Below, one piece after another: positions 1 through 11,242 of a stretch of 64,000 bases of DNA. The notes under the pieces were generated by a model. That model was not told the origin of the DNA. It saw only the letters and a program-made list of their open reading frames with translations, and made no database searches. Source of the DNA: Gammaproteobacteria bacterium. Its GTDB lineage: Bacteria; Pseudomonadota; Gammaproteobacteria; G965277405. Positions within the stretch are counted from its first letter, which is position 1, and every line of letters starts with the position of its first letter. The translations under genes and the position numbers were made by a program. The stretch is taken from the NCBI GenBank assembly GCA_965277405.1, contig OZ255726.1, positions 320,001 through 384,000 on the forward strand, read 5' to 3'.

Positions 1-646
1 GATAATAATTCCAGATACCCGCTTCGTGAAACGCACGTATTGCCCCCGCAGCAAGCCCTGCTGCCACAAATATAATAAATATACTTGTCCAGCGAAAAAA
101 AGCCGCCAATGGTAGTTTAACGCCGCCATAATAAATGGCAAAACCTGCAATAATTGCCGTTCCAAGCCCAATAACAGCCCCGGTGGGGGCGGCAACGCCA
201 ACATCTTGTTGGAATGCCGATAATAAGAAGAAAACAGATTCTAGACCTTCGCGCGCTACCGCCAGAAACACCATGCCTAGCAACAGCCATGTTTGCTGCC
301 ATCCTTGCGTATCGTGCAACACTGTATCGAATGATTTATGAATATTCTGCTTGAGATTGCCTGCCATTTTTTGCATCCAAATCACCATATACGTCAACAT
401 GCACGCAGCAATAATAGCTATTACGCCTTCCGCAATCTCTTGTTGTCGTTGCGGAAACTCGCCTGTTGTTGCGAGGATGACCCAACCTAAGACAAAACAG
501 ATTATCGAGGCACTCAATACGCCAAGCCACAGCGCAGGCATGAGGTGACTGCGTTGCGTTCTGTTGAGGTAGGTGGCGATAATACTAACAATCAGCGCGG
601 CTTCGAGCCCTTCGCGCAACATGATTAAAAAAGGTACAAAAAACAT
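1..646 (-). CDS. efeU: FTR1/EfeU ferrous iron permease (3' end runs off the window)
   Basis: Not in the ORF track. Read from the ATG at 646: MFFVPFLIMLREGLEAALIV...VAREGLESVFFL...IRAFHEAG, with both REGLE motifs of EfeU. Confidence 0.92.
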   Translation of the reverse strand, partial: MFFVPFLIMLREGLEAALIVSIIATYLNRTQRSHLMPALWLGVLSASIICFVLGWVILATTGEFPQRQQEIAEGVIAIIAACMLTYMVIWMQKMAGNLKQNIHKSFDTVLHDTQGWQQTWLLLGMVFLAVAREGLESVFFLLSAFQQDVGVAAPTGAVIGLGTAIIAGFAIYYGGVKLPLAAFFRWTSIFIIFVAAGLAAGAIRAFHEAGIWNYY

Positions 647-671
647 CGGCTTCTGCTTGGTTAAATTTGTA

Positions 672-735
672 TTGTAATCATTCTCATACAAAAAACTATA
701 GCGGCTGGCAATTTATTGCAAATAATTCTCATTAC
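672..735. promoter_or_regulatory. Two putative Fur boxes upstream of efeU
   Basis: TTGTAATCATTCTCAT (672-687) and TGCAAATAATTCTCATTA (717-734) resemble the GATAATGATAATCATTATC consensus and precede an iron permease. Confidence 0.65.
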
Positions 736-891
736 TATTACCGCTTAAAAAACGCTATGGCTGTGCTGTAAATTTGTTGATGCTCTACATGGCAATTACC
801 TGGCAATGTAGTAAATAAGCGGTTACAACAAAACAAGGAACTCTGTGTAAGTTGTTACAGGTTGGTTGCCGTGATTATATTCATTTAGCCG

Positions 892-1281
892 TTACTGCTG
901 GGCAACAAGTCGCTGGTAAAGCTTACAATACGACTGCGCCTGCTTGTCTGCGGTGAATACATCCTCTGCTCGTTGTTTTGCATTGCCTCCCATCTTGGCT
1001 GCCATTGATGGGTTATAGTCGGCATTAGCAGCCATGAACCCAATATTTCTGGCACGGCTTACGCCGCCGTTGACAACGGAGCTAACTTCAAGCAAATGAC
1101 TAGCGAAACTATGCACAATCTCAACCGTGTTATCAGTAGAGCCACCATCAACAACGATTATTGTATCCAGCAAATGCGTTTGCCGCAGAACTGACTGGAT
1201 GGTTTGGTGAATAAAGCGGGCAGCGTTATAGGCGGGAATGACGACGGCAACGCTAGCAAGCTCGTTAGTATGAATCATCAT
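892..1281 (-). pseudogene. Truncated GT2 glycosyltransferase fused to a GT4-like C-terminal tail
   Basis: VVIPAYN...IIVVDGGSTD...GVSRARNIG...ADY ends before the DXD motif, then AKMGGNAKQRAEDVFT...YQRL, a typical GT4 C-terminus. Confidence 0.7.
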
Positions 1282-2354
1282 CTATCTCGTATATATAAAA
1301 GTTTTCTATAGATAGTCCGCAGCAAATTGAAGAGCCAATTGCTATTGGCTAAGCTGCTCAAACCTGAGTGGAATGGAATTTTTACTTTCGGACCAAATAA
1401 TGTGGCGAATTTATCGTGTCTGAAAGGTAGCATCTTGTCGCCGTATCGCGCTACTGCAGCGGATTGCCCGAACTCACCACGTTCAATTCTGCCAATCATC
1501 TGTATCAACATTGGAAATAGATTGTGTTCATATAAAACACGGTCGCGTGCCTGCAACAACTCAGTTCTATATTGCTTGTCGATATCTTGAGCGATAGCCG
1601 CATCAATTGTGGCGACAGCGCTATCAAAGTGATTAATATCAATGCTACGGTAGGAATTGTTAGGAAAATAGCTATCAAGATTGGGACAGCCATAATACAG
1701 CGGATACGTTCCAGCTAGGATGCAATCAGTCAATTTTTCTGAAAAATAATGGTCGTAGCATGAATTCTCTAAAACAATCTGAAAGCGATAGTCCTGGAGC
1801 GACTCCAATTTATCGTCCATGGTAGCAAAACCGCGACCATAAAAGTCTAGCGTATCGCCATAGTGTTCTTTGAGTTTTTTAACAAATCTAATCCGTTGTA
1901 TATGTTCAGAGGTGAAATTCTTGTTTGACGTTATTACCGATATCAGCTTCGATTTTGGTTGCTGAAATAATACTTTTAACGCATCAAAGCTCATGACCTT
2001 TGTTGCGTCCATTTAACCATTACGACAACCGATATACCAAGTCAATCCTGGTTGATGTAATATTGCTCCTGGGTGTTTAATGCTGGTATCTTGCGTAATC
2101 ACCCATGCAAACTGGGCGAGAAAATGCTTGTTATAACGCCATACTGTAGGTGGTTCTGTCGCCAAATGAATGATGTTCTCAGGCGGGCATTTGGGGGTAA
2201 TTGGCGCATGCAAATCATCGAATACCACTAAATAATCGTAATTGTTATGGTCAGCATTAAATACGAAGCGCCAACCATCCCATTCTGGAATACCATTAGG
2301 AAATTGCCTGAGCCAAGGAATAGAGTAAACCGAAGAGATATTAATGGTTTTCAT
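1278..2354 (-). pseudogene. GT10-family (alpha-1,3-fucosyltransferase-like) glycosyltransferase split by one in-frame stop
   Basis: ORFs 2013-2372 and 1278-2012 share a frame, separated only by TAA at 2013-2015. GT10 motif YRFQIVLENS..YFSEKL...PLYYG. Confidence 0.75.
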
Positions 2355-2379
2355 ACATATTTCCAGCGGCAAAAAATTG

Positions 2380-3030
2380 TCATGTAGTTACCATAGCATT
2401 TTTGTTTTCGTCGCTTCCACTGAATTGTGGAATTGCACTCAGTATTGCACTGAATTGGTCGATATGGGTAACTTCCATTGATTGATATTCAGGAATATCC
2501 AATGAGGAGAAGTAATCCATAAATTTAATGCCATCACCAAGAATATCAAATTTTTTATAACCTGTATTAAGCAGTCGATCTGAACAACGAACACGCAGAC
2601 AGGGTATGTTGTAAGAGTCAGAAGTTACTAATCCATGTAAGGATTTGGATATACACCGCTCGCATTTATGTATTTGATCAACAACGTCTTGAATATTGGA
2701 ATTTAGCAAATTAATAACGAGTACATCTGCATTATATTTAAACATTTCCTAGCATAATTGCTAATCGACGTGATGGGGCATCACAGCTAACTGGTAATAT
2801 TTGTGTGAATCACTGGGTTGATACAAACGACTAAGAAGGCAACATGGGGCGCCAAAATGGGTCACCAAAATTGGGCTACCCTTATACCCCAACTGCCTTG
2901 CCAATTCTAAAGTATAATGACCGCGTAGCATAAAAACTTGACGCGGTCTAGTTTTATCAACGACTTAATCAAAATTCCCAAAGTCATCGGCTTTATTTGA
3001 TGTATTCTTTATTTGATGTATTTTTGATGT
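2380..3030 (-). pseudogene. Polysaccharide pyruvyl transferase family remnant
   Basis: Fragments ..DDFGNFD*, FMLRGHYT, AVMPHHVD*, then ISKSLHGLVTSDSYNIP and KFMDYF. Several in-frame stops. Confidence 0.65.
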
Positions 3031-3031
3031 A

Positions 3032-4102
3032 TTATTGTTGCTCTGTGCGCTTTTGTTTACGAACCAACTGTAAATCACTACGAACCATTTCCTTAACAAG
3101 GTTCTGAAATGACGTTGTATGTTGCCATCCAAGGAGTAAATTAGCCTTGGAACTATCGCCAAGCAATACATCGACTTCAGTTGGGCGGAAATAGCGGGGA
3201 TCTACCTTGACTACCACCTTCTTTGAGACCTTGTCTATCGCCAGTTCGTCAGCCCCTGTGCCTTGCCACTCTAATAACACGCCGACTTCTGCAAAAGCAA
3301 GATCGATAAACTCTCGTACCGAATGAGTCTCGCCGGTCGCCAAGACAAAATCATCCGCTTCATGATGTTGCAGTATCCGCCACATCCCTTCTACATAGTC
3401 TTTTGCATGACCCCAGTCACGTTTAGCATTCAGGTTTCCAATATACAGGGTATCCTCAAGCCCCAACTGTATTCTGGCTACCGCCATGGTAATTTTGCGC
3501 GTAACAAAGGTCTCACCGCGGCTTGGACTCTCGTGATTAAACAGAATTCCGTTGCAAGCAAACATGCCATACGCTTCACGATAGTTTGTTACTACCCAAA
3601 AGGCATACAGCTTTGCTGCAGCATACGGACTGCGCGGATAAAAAGGTGTTGTTTCCCGCTGCGGGGTTTCCTGCACTTTGCCGAATAATTCAGAAGTTGA
3701 TGCCTGATAGAATTTACAGCTATTTTCCATTGCAAGTATGCGGATGGCTTCAAGCATGCGTAATGGACCAAGCGCGTCAGTGTTTGCTGTATATTCTGGG
3801 GTTTCAAAACTAACCTGAACATGGCTTTGCGCAGCTAGATTGTAAACTTCATCAGGTTGAATTTTCTGCATCAGCCGAATCAAATTCGTTGCATCGGTTA
3901 CATCACCATAATGCAGATAAAACTCCCCTTGTTGGTTATGTAAATCTTTGTACAAATGATCTACACGTTGGCTATTAAACGATGAAGAACGCCGCTTAAT
4001 ACCATGCACAGCGTATCCTTTTGAGAGGAGAAGTTCCGCAAGATATGCACCATCTTGCCCTGTAACTCCAGTTATTAGTGCAATTTTTTTATTCCGTAGC
4101 AT
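3032..4102 (-). CDS. gmd: GDP-mannose 4,6-dehydratase
   Basis: [44 protein letters not shown]. Probable ATG at 4102. Confidence 0.97.
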   Translation of the reverse strand: MLRNKKIALITGVTGQDGAYLAELLLSKGYAVHGIKRRSSSFNSQRVDHLYKDLHNQQGEFYLHYGDVTDATNLIRLMQKIQPDEVYNLAAQSHVQVSFETPEYTANTDALGPLRMLEAIRILAMENSCKFYQASTSELFGKVQETPQRETTPFYPRSPYAAAKLYAFWVVTNYREAYGMFACNGILFNHESPSRGETFVTRKITMAVARIQLGLEDTLYIGNLNAKRDWGHAKDYVEGMWRILQHHEADDFVLATGETHSVREFIDLAFAEVGVLLEWQGTGADELAIDKVSKKVVVKVDPRYFRPTEVDVLLGDSSKANLLLGWQHTTSFQNLVKEMVRSDLQLVRKQKRTEQQ

Positions 4103-5036
4103 AATTTTCCAAATACCATTTGTAATATTTCTGCAAACCATCTTCTAAGTTAATCTTGCTTGACCAGCCAAGTGTTGCCAGTAAAGAAACATCTAGTTTT
4201 TTTCGTAATGTTCCGTCTAGTCGAGAAGTATCAAACTCAATATCACCGCAAAATCCTGTCATATCCTTCATAAGATTGGCTAAATCAGCGATAGAAATAT
4301 CATAGCCAGTACCAACGTTTATATGGCTGGAGTCTGAGTAGTAACGCAACAAAAATATGCAGGCATCAGCCAAATCATCCACATGCAAAAATTCACGCAA
4401 TGGTCGACCAGAGCCCCAAACCAACACTTTTTTTGATTTATTTATTTTCGCTGTATGAAAACGTTGCAGTAGTGCTGCTGGCACATGACTGTTATCGGGG
4501 TGAAAATTGTCTCTAGGACCATATAAATTGCATGGCATAGCAGCAATAAAATCACAACCATACTGCTTTCTATAAGCTTGGCATAGCTTAATTCCCGCAA
4601 TTTTGGCAATCGCATAGCCTTCATTGGTTGGCTCTAACGAGCCAGTTAGCAAATAATTTTCACTGATTGGCTGCTGACAATCCTTAGGATATATACAGCT
4701 TGACCCTAAAAACAATAATTTTTCTACAGCATAGCGATAAGCGCCACAGATAACATTTTGTTGGATTTGCAAATTTTCCGCAATGAAATCGGCAGGATAG
4801 CTGTTGTTGGCATGAATGCCTCCAACCTTTGCCGCTGCCAGAATAACGACATCTGGCTGGTGGTGTTGGTAGAACCGCTCTACCTGTAAATAGTCCAGCA
4901 GGTCAACATCCTGACGACAGGTCGCCAAAGGTGTAATTTGTTCACTAGCAAGCTTACGGATAATCGCTGAGCCGACCATGCCGTTGGCACCAGCCACCCA
5001 TATTTTTTTCCCGTGAAGCTTAAATTTTTTGATCAT
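4089..5036 (-). CDS. fcl: GDP-L-fucose synthase
   Basis: [40 protein letters not shown]. Probable ATG at 5036. Confidence 0.95.
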   Translation of the reverse strand: MIKKFKLHGKKIWVAGANGMVGSAIIRKLASEQITPLATCRQDVDLLDYLQVERFYQHHQPDVVILAAAKVGGIHANNSYPADFIAENLQIQQNVICGAYRYAVEKLLFLGSSCIYPKDCQQPISENYLLTGSLEPTNEGYAIAKIAGIKLCQAYRKQYGCDFIAAMPCNLYGPRDNFHPDNSHVPAALLQRFHTAKINKSKKVLVWGSGRPLREFLHVDDLADACIFLLRYYSDSSHINVGTGYDISIADLANLMKDMTGFCGDIEFDTSRLDGTLRKKLDVSLLATLGWSSKINLEDGLQKYYKWYLENYATE

Positions 5037-6441
5037 GCGGCTCCTCATAGTGAATAATATCATCTTCATCGAGATAGTCACCACACTGTATTTCTATCAT
5101 AGTGAGCAGTTCACTGTTGCGATTTTCTAAGCGGTGTTTGCTGCCAACGGGGATATACGTGGATTGATTATGTTCAAGCTCAATGATTTTGCCACCGTTG
5201 GTTATCGTGGCAATGCCGCTGACAACCACCCAATGTTCACTACGGTGACGGTGGGATTGCCAACGTAACGCTGCCATCGGCTTCACTTCAATACGTTTCA
5301 ACTTAAACCCCACGCCTGCTTGCAGCACTGTGTAACTACCCCACGGGCGATACACCGTTGGAAATTCTTTATAACAGGCGTGATTGCTGCATTTCAGATG
5401 ACTAACAATTTAAGAAACATCCTGATAGCGCTCTTTATCGGCTATTAAAAGTGCATCCGTTGTATCGGCAATAATCAGATTTTTAATGCCAATTGCAGCG
5501 ATCAATCTATCGCTGCCGTGGACGATACAATCTTTAACATCTTCAAGAAGAACGCTGCCTGAAACGTTATTATTGGCGCTATCTAACGGGTGTAGCGATC
5601 CAAATTCTAGCCATGTTCCGATATCCGACCAACCGATATCGCATGGTACGATCATTATTTTTTTTGATTTTTCAAAGACCGCATAATCAATCGATATATC
5701 CTGAATAAACTCAAAATCATCAGGGTATACTTCGTATTGTTGCCAGCCATCACCATGAGAGTGTGCGGCATTTTTAAAGCACACACTAGCTTGCTTGGCG
5801 ATGTCTGGGCACAAATCTGTTAGTTCCGTATTGAAGACAGCAGCTGACATACAGAACATACCAGAATTCCAAAAGAATCTTCCTGATGAAAGGTATTCCC
5901 TTGCCGTCGCCTGGTCTGGTTTTTCAACAAAGCGCTGTACTGTGTCCCCAGCAGCTTCGATGTAGCCAAACCCTGTCTTTGCTGCATTTGGCTTGATGCC
6001 AAAGGTTACCAGCTTGCCAGTAGCGGATAAAGCAACAGCTTGCTTTACAGCATTTGCAAATGCCGACAAATCATCAATTAAATGATCAGCTGGCAAAACC
6101 AAAATAGTGCAAGTTGCGCCATACTGAGCGATCGCATATTGCGCAGCTAACGCAATCGCTGCTGCTGAGTTGCGCGCAAACGGCTCTAACAAAAATGTAT
6201 TGCGAACTCGACCTTTTGCCACCTCATCAAACTCGTCTTTCGTGTAAAAAAACAAATTTCTATTAGTAACAGTGACAACTTCGTGTACGTCCGCAAGGCC
6301 AATAGCACGCAGGTATGTCTTCTGAATAAAACTCTGACCGCAAGCAAGCTTAATAAATGGCTTGGGACACGCTTCTCGAGACAGCGGCCACAACCGCGAA
6401 CCTATACCACCTGAGAGAATTACCGGGAGAATTACAATCTT
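5020..6441 (-). pseudogene. manC: Mannose-1-phosphate guanylyltransferase/mannose-6-phosphate isomerase, interrupted
   Basis: ILPVILSGGIGSRLWPLSR..PK, FVEKPD, WSDIGTW, then in-frame TAA at 5410-5412 before the cupin part (RPWG, QSHRHRSEHW). An in-frame TAA at 6442-6444 precedes the conserved N-terminus, with no ATG/GTG/TTG there. Confidence 0.85.
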
Positions 6442-6510
6442 TTACCTAGTATTAAACACATTAACAACGACCTTAGGAGTAACTGAGATTATTAAAATGA
6501 GACAATTTAA

Positions 6511-6633
6511 CCAACTTCTGCTTAAGTCCATGCTCGGCGAGACGGAACAAAAACGCCACGCATGGCGTATATGCTACGCCATGCGCCTATGGTTTGCACC
6601 TTGCAATCTTCAACAAATGCCAGCAAATTTGCT
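6511..6633 (-). mobile_element. Degenerate, internally deleted MITE copy (reverse orientation)
   Basis: TTAAGTCCATGCTCGGCGAGACGGA and TGGCGTATATGCTACG..ATGCGC..GGTTTGCACCTTGCAATC match the reverse complement of the 290-bp element. Confidence 0.75.
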
Positions 6634-6730
6634 GATAAAGCGAGTGTATTGGCTATGATACGCGGCAGCAATACAGCGAGAAAACCACACAGTCAACACT
6701 CAAAGTCCAGAGTTTAAATTCACAACCACG

Positions 6731-6794
6731 CAATCAGGCAATCATCCAATCAGGCAATCAGGCAATCAGGCAATCAGGCAATCAGGCAATCAGC
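6731..6794. repeat. Tandem repeat (CAATCAGG) x8
   Basis: Six perfect and two variant 8-bp units in the intergenic region upstream of the polysaccharide locus. Confidence 0.95.
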
Positions 6795-6900
6795 ATCCTG
6801 CAAATAGATTGCGCAGAGCATTGAGGCTAACAATTTAAAATGAAGAAACTAAATAATGAAATTCAATAGTGTTACAAAAATCTGCTGTATTTACGGGTTC

Positions 6901-7965
6901 TTATGGGTGCGCGCCATAATCGTGGAATAAAATTAAATCTGGGACATTCAGGGTAAGTCCAACTAAGTCGCCAGTTTCATACACGTAGTTACTAGAAATA
7001 AAGCAACTGAATTGTTCTAAAGAATCAATTGTTTCAAACGTATAAAAATAATTTGTGCCGCGAAAGCGTCGCTGCATAACCCGTGCTTTTTTTCTACTAT
7101 TTTTATTAAACTCGATATCTTCTGGGCGTAAAAATACTTCGACTTGTTGCCGTATCCTAAATTTTTCTGTATCAATAGCTCCAGTTATTCTTCCCAATGA
7201 AGTTGCGACAGCAGTTTTGCTTTGCACTATGCCTTTAATGGTTGAGCCGCGACCAACAAATTCTGCAGCAAATCTATTTATGGGTCGATGATACAATTGC
7301 TGCGGATAATCCCATTGCACTAAATCACCATGGTGCAGCAGTCCAATTTTGTCTGCGAGCGCAAAGGCTTCATCTTGATTATGGGTGACCATAAGAGCTG
7401 TGGTCTGTTCGCTTTTGAGTAACTGGCGGACTTCCCATGCCAGTTCTTCACGAATTTCCGTATCTTGGTTGGAGAATGGCTCGTCTAGCAGCATAATCCG
7501 TGGTCGTGGCGCCATCGCGCGGGCAATCGCGCCACGTTGTAATTCACCACCAGATAATTGATGTGGATACAAGGTTCGTTTGTGTTCAAGACAGGTGATT
7601 TTGAGCAACTTATTCACCCGTGAATTGCGGTTTTGTAAGGTCCAGTTTTTAATGCCGTAGCGGATGTTTTCTTCTAAGGTGATATGTGGAAACAGCGTGT
7701 TTTCTTGAAACACTAATGTCGTTTGTCGCGTATGCGTAGGCACATGTTTTTTAGTTGAGCTGCAAAGAATACTGCCAATAAGTATTTCACCATCATCAAT
7801 CGAGATAAGCCCAGCTATAGCTCGCAAAACGGAAGATTTACCACTGCCTGTAGGACCGAGTAAGCATGCGAGTTCACCTGTTTGCAACTGAAAAGATATA
7901 TCATTGGCAAGGCGGTATTGATTGATGCGTAATGAAACATTGCGCAGCTCAAGAGAATAGTCCAT
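6901..7965 (-). CDS. fbpC: Fe3+ ABC transporter ATP-binding protein (FbpC-like)
   Basis: Walker A GPTGSGKS, LSGGELQR, LLDEPFS, VTH; C-terminal TOBE-like region; next to a FbpB-like permease. Confidence 0.8.
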   Translation of the reverse strand: MDYSLELRNVSLRINQYRLANDISFQLQTGELACLLGPTGSGKSSVLRAIAGLISIDDGEILIGSILCSSTKKHVPTHTRQTTLVFQENTLFPHITLEENIRYGIKNWTLQNRNSRVNKLLKITCLEHKRTLYPHQLSGGELQRGAIARAMAPRPRIMLLDEPFSNQDTEIREELAWEVRQLLKSEQTTALMVTHNQDEAFALADKIGLLHHGDLVQWDYPQQLYHRPINRFAAEFVGRGSTIKGIVQSKTAVATSLGRITGAIDTEKFRIRQQVEVFLRPEDIEFNKNSRKKARVMQRRFRGTNYFYTFETIDSLEQFSCFISSNYVYETGDLVGLTLNVPDLILFHDYGAHP

Positions 7966-9553
7966 GCTTTTTAGGAATTAAAAAATATAAGATTGTGACG
8001 AACACCGTCGAGACGCCAATCATAGCCAGCTGTTCACGAATTGTGCTTTGTATTCCAGATTCTAGTATTTTCTCAAATACTTGTGGCGTCAATAATGGAA
8101 AAAAAGCGCCTGGAAGCGCAGCTTGAATAGAGATTTCTGTAAATATTTTTATCCAAATAATACAGCAGATTGCCAGCAATAGCCGCACGTGTGTTGGCAG
8201 GAACAGATCAACAAATAGCCGCCGTTGATTGCTGCCAAGGGTTTGTGCGGCCTGCTCCATATCTAAACCAATCGACTCGATGATAGAGGCGAGTGGGTAT
8301 AAGACAAGCGCGAGAAACTTTACAGTTAAGGCAATGAAGGTGATAACAACCACTATTGCAAGGCTAATAATAGCAGGAGATAATCCAAGCGCCCGATACC
8401 AAGCATACAGTTCAGGCTCAATGGTATCGATTGTGAATAGCCCTAAGGTGGCAAGTAATGTGGTCGGCAATACCATTGCCATAGCGGTAACATTCCATTG
8501 CCAAGTAAGCGAGTTACGTTTGCCTTGTTGCTGGATGTGGATAAAAAATAGCAAGGCAATCACAATAATAATACTCGCGGCAATCGTGGTTAGTATCGTG
8601 CTATTTATGATTGATTGTTGCAGCCAAATAGTGCTTGCTGGCATATTTTGCAAGCTATTACTCAGTAATGCCACAAGTGGGACGACAAGTAAAACGATGA
8701 TTATTACGCTATTAAGGGCAAAAGCAGCAAGTGATTTTTGTGTGGAAACAGGTTGGGGCAGAAATTTTTGATGTCCAGCAATGAGTTGATGATATTGTTT
8801 TTGACGGCGGAGGAGCAGTTCAAATATAACAACAATCCCAATGAAAATAACCACCGTAACTGCAAGTTGTATGCCGATGTCATGATAGTTTTGTTTGCTG
8901 GTAAATGTTTGTAGTAATAATGAACCGAGCGTTGGTGTTTTTAACAAAATTGCTACGGTGTAATCTGAAAAAATTTCAAAACCCACCAATATACATGCAG
9001 CAAATATACTGCGGCGGGCTAGCGGAATGATTGTCTGCATAAAGGATGCAAATGGCCCAACCCCACTGGTTGTGCTTAGCTCATAAAAACGACGGTTCTG
9101 GGTAGAAAAATTTGCGCGTAATAGCATATATGCATATGGAAACAAATTGATGAAATATACCAAGCAGCTTCCTGCAACACTGTGAAACTCAAACCATCGT
9201 GGTAATTCAAATGTATTAAAGACGAGCTCATACGCATAAATGGTACTAAACACCGGCAACACAATTGGCAGCACCAGCATAAAGTCAGCTAGTTTGCGCA
9301 ATGGATACGCCACTACTGTATTGACCCACGCACAAATAGACGCAACAACGACAACACTCAAGGACGTGAATACAATTATTTTGATAGTGTTATACAACGG
9401 TACTGAAATAAACCCCGCGTTAAAAAACAGTATCAGTCCATCATTTCCTGTAAATAAAAAAAACAAACCATACAAAAAAATTGACAAAGTAAGGCATGCT
9501 ACTGTCGTAGTAACAATTGTGCTTAGTTGAAAGTTTGCTCGAAATCCAGTCAT
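7949..9553 (-). CDS. fbpB: Fe3+ ABC transporter permease (FbpB-like, divergent)
   Basis: 534 aa multi-TM protein with two permease halves, FPYAYMLLRA and EQAAQTLG motifs. Confidence 0.75.
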   Translation of the reverse strand: MTGFRANFQLSTIVTTTVACLTLSIFLYGLFFLFTGNDGLILFFNAGFISVPLYNTIKIIVFTSLSVVVVASICAWVNTVVAYPLRKLADFMLVLPIVLPVFSTIYAYELVFNTFELPRWFEFHSVAGSCLVYFINLFPYAYMLLRANFSTQNRRFYELSTTSGVGPFASFMQTIIPLARRSIFAACILVGFEIFSDYTVAILLKTPTLGSLLLQTFTSKQNYHDIGIQLAVTVVIFIGIVVIFELLLRRQKQYHQLIAGHQKFLPQPVSTQKSLAAFALNSVIIIVLLVVPLVALLSNSLQNMPASTIWLQQSIINSTILTTIAASIIIVIALLFFIHIQQQGKRNSLTWQWNVTAMAMVLPTTLLATLGLFTIDTIEPELYAWYRALGLSPAIISLAIVVVITFIALTVKFLALVLYPLASIIESIGLDMEQAAQTLGSNQRRLFVDLFLPTHVRLLLAICCIIWIKIFTEISIQAALPGAFFPLLTPQVFEKILESGIQSTIREQLAMIGVSTVFVTILYFLIPKKHGLFS

Positions 9554-9883
9554 ATACAGAGTATGGTAGGCAAAGATGCACCCTAAAAAACTGCGGCTAC
9601 ATCGGCTAGAGTAAATGCCTTGCGTGAATAATAATATTACTGTAGCAAAAGATTAAATAGCGACACGGTACGCTTTAAAGATGCGCATCCTAATCCATAC
9701 GGATGAAGACATTGCATACCCCATCTTGCGCATGCCTCAATAGATTTTCCCAAGGAATCATCAAAATTGTAACAACTGCAGTATAACAATTAACCAATCT
9801 TATTTTTGAATAGTTTGTTTTTCCTATAGAATGCATACAATGGACAACGCAACATTGTTTTTACCATTATTGAGGCTAAACAC

Positions 9884-10549
9884 TTGGAATTACAGCTGAA
9901 AAAACGTTTGATTGGTGCGGGCGCTATTTTTATGTTGATAGTTATTTTTGCCCCCATGGTTCTAGATGGTGGCGGTGAAATTGTTACGCAACCTATTGCA
10001 AAACTTGTACCGATTCAAACTATTGATTTAACAGACAATTTGACAAAACACCAGCAGCAGGTCAATGGCATTATCGACGCCGCAGCCAATGACCAAAATA
10101 ACACAATACCGCTGGGCGAGGCTGCGCTGAATACCAACAATAAAAATCCGCAAACGCTAAACACTGGAGGCCAACCACAAACAGGCGTCAGCCAATTGCG
10201 TAATGAGCAAGTCACAGAGGTTACTCTCATGGACGAAGGCGGCAGCGAGGCTAACACTGCCGCGCCTAATCAGGCAGCGCCAAGCTCTGCGTTTGATATT
10301 CAAGCAGGTTGGACGCTGCAAGTTGCATCGTTTGCTGAACGCGCCAATGCAGTCGTACTCATTCAAAAATTGAATAGTGATGATATCCAATCTTTTCTGC
10401 AACCAAAACGTGCTGCAGGTCGCACGCTCTACATTGTCTATATCAACCCAGCGCTACAACGCGACACTGTACTGGCCCAAGCCAAGCTCATCGAAGAGCG
10501 CCATGGTTTGCAAGGCATTATTCGCAAATATACAGCAAGCCCTAATTAA
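9884..10549 (+). CDS. dedD: SPOR-domain cell division protein DedD
   Basis: LKKRLIGA plus N-terminal TM; WTLQVASF SPOR domain; upstream of cvpA-purF. Confidence 0.85.
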   Translation: MELQLKKRLIGAGAIFMLIVIFAPMVLDGGGEIVTQPIAKLVPIQTIDLTDNLTKHQQQVNGIIDAAANDQNNTIPLGEAALNTNNKNPQTLNTGGQPQTGVSQLRNEQVTEVTLMDEGGSEANTAAPNQAAPSSAFDIQAGWTLQVASFAERANAVVLIQKLNSDDIQSFLQPKRAAGRTLYIVYINPALQRDTVLAQAKLIEERHGLQGIIRKYTASPN

Positions 10550-10720
10550 AGGCAACTCTGCATACAGCTTATGATGGGCGAGCATGAGCAAAAATAATGA
10601 CGAAACTTAAGCAAGTACTTGCTGTGTTGCATCCCTTGGCGTATACGCTACGGCATGCGCCTTGCAATTATCAGCACCTGCAACCAACCCAATCCGCAAC
10701 GAATTATTCGAAGGTACCTT
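10550..10720 (-). mobile_element. Degenerate MITE copy between dedD and cvpA (reverse orientation)
   Basis: AGGCAACTCTG..ATGATGGGCGAG..., GTACTTGCTGTGTTGCATCCCTTGGCGTATACGCTACGGCATGCGC, and a decayed end ATTATTCGAAGGTACC. Confidence 0.8.
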
Positions 10721-10739
10721 AACTTAACAGACAAATCAC

Positions 10740-11240
10740 ATGGAAATAATAGACATTGTATTAGTAGTAATGATCGCTGTATCAGCAGTCATCGGTGTGT
10801 TTCGCGGAGCAATTCGTGAAGTCATTGCCCTTATTATCTTGCTGCTTTCTCTGTATATTGGCAGCGCTGTAGCAAGCTACGTTGCCAACATAACAACAGC
10901 ATTAATTGCAGATGACAGCACCAGATTTACTATTGCGTTCATTATAGTTACTGTCCTGCTGTACGTTATTATCAACCTGATTGTCCAATCAATAGTCAGC
11001 CAACTCCAAATAGGGGGAACACTTGGTCCGGTGAATACAGTTGCCGGCGGCGCCCTTGGTGCTGTGCGTGGCGTAGCGCTGGTCGTGCTGCTCGGCTATG
11101 TCCTGCAACTGACCCATATGAATAGTGAAATGTGGTGGCAAAACAACATTTTTTCTGGCTATGTTGACGACATACTGGCATGGATACAGCAACATGCCAA
11201 TGCTATTATGAGGGTTCTGCCACCCCCACCAGAGCTATAA
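10740..11240 (+). CDS. cvpA: Colicin V production family protein CvpA
   Basis: IDIV...GVFRGAIRE, hydrophobic, GGALGAVRG; dedD-cvpA-purF synteny. Confidence 0.88.
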   Translation: MEIIDIVLVVMIAVSAVIGVFRGAIREVIALIILLLSLYIGSAVASYVANITTALIADDSTRFTIAFIIVTVLLYVIINLIVQSIVSQLQIGGTLGPVNTVAGGALGAVRGVALVVLLGYVLQLTHMNSEMWWQNNIFSGYVDDILAWIQQHANAIMRVLPPPPEL

Positions 11241-11242
11241 AC

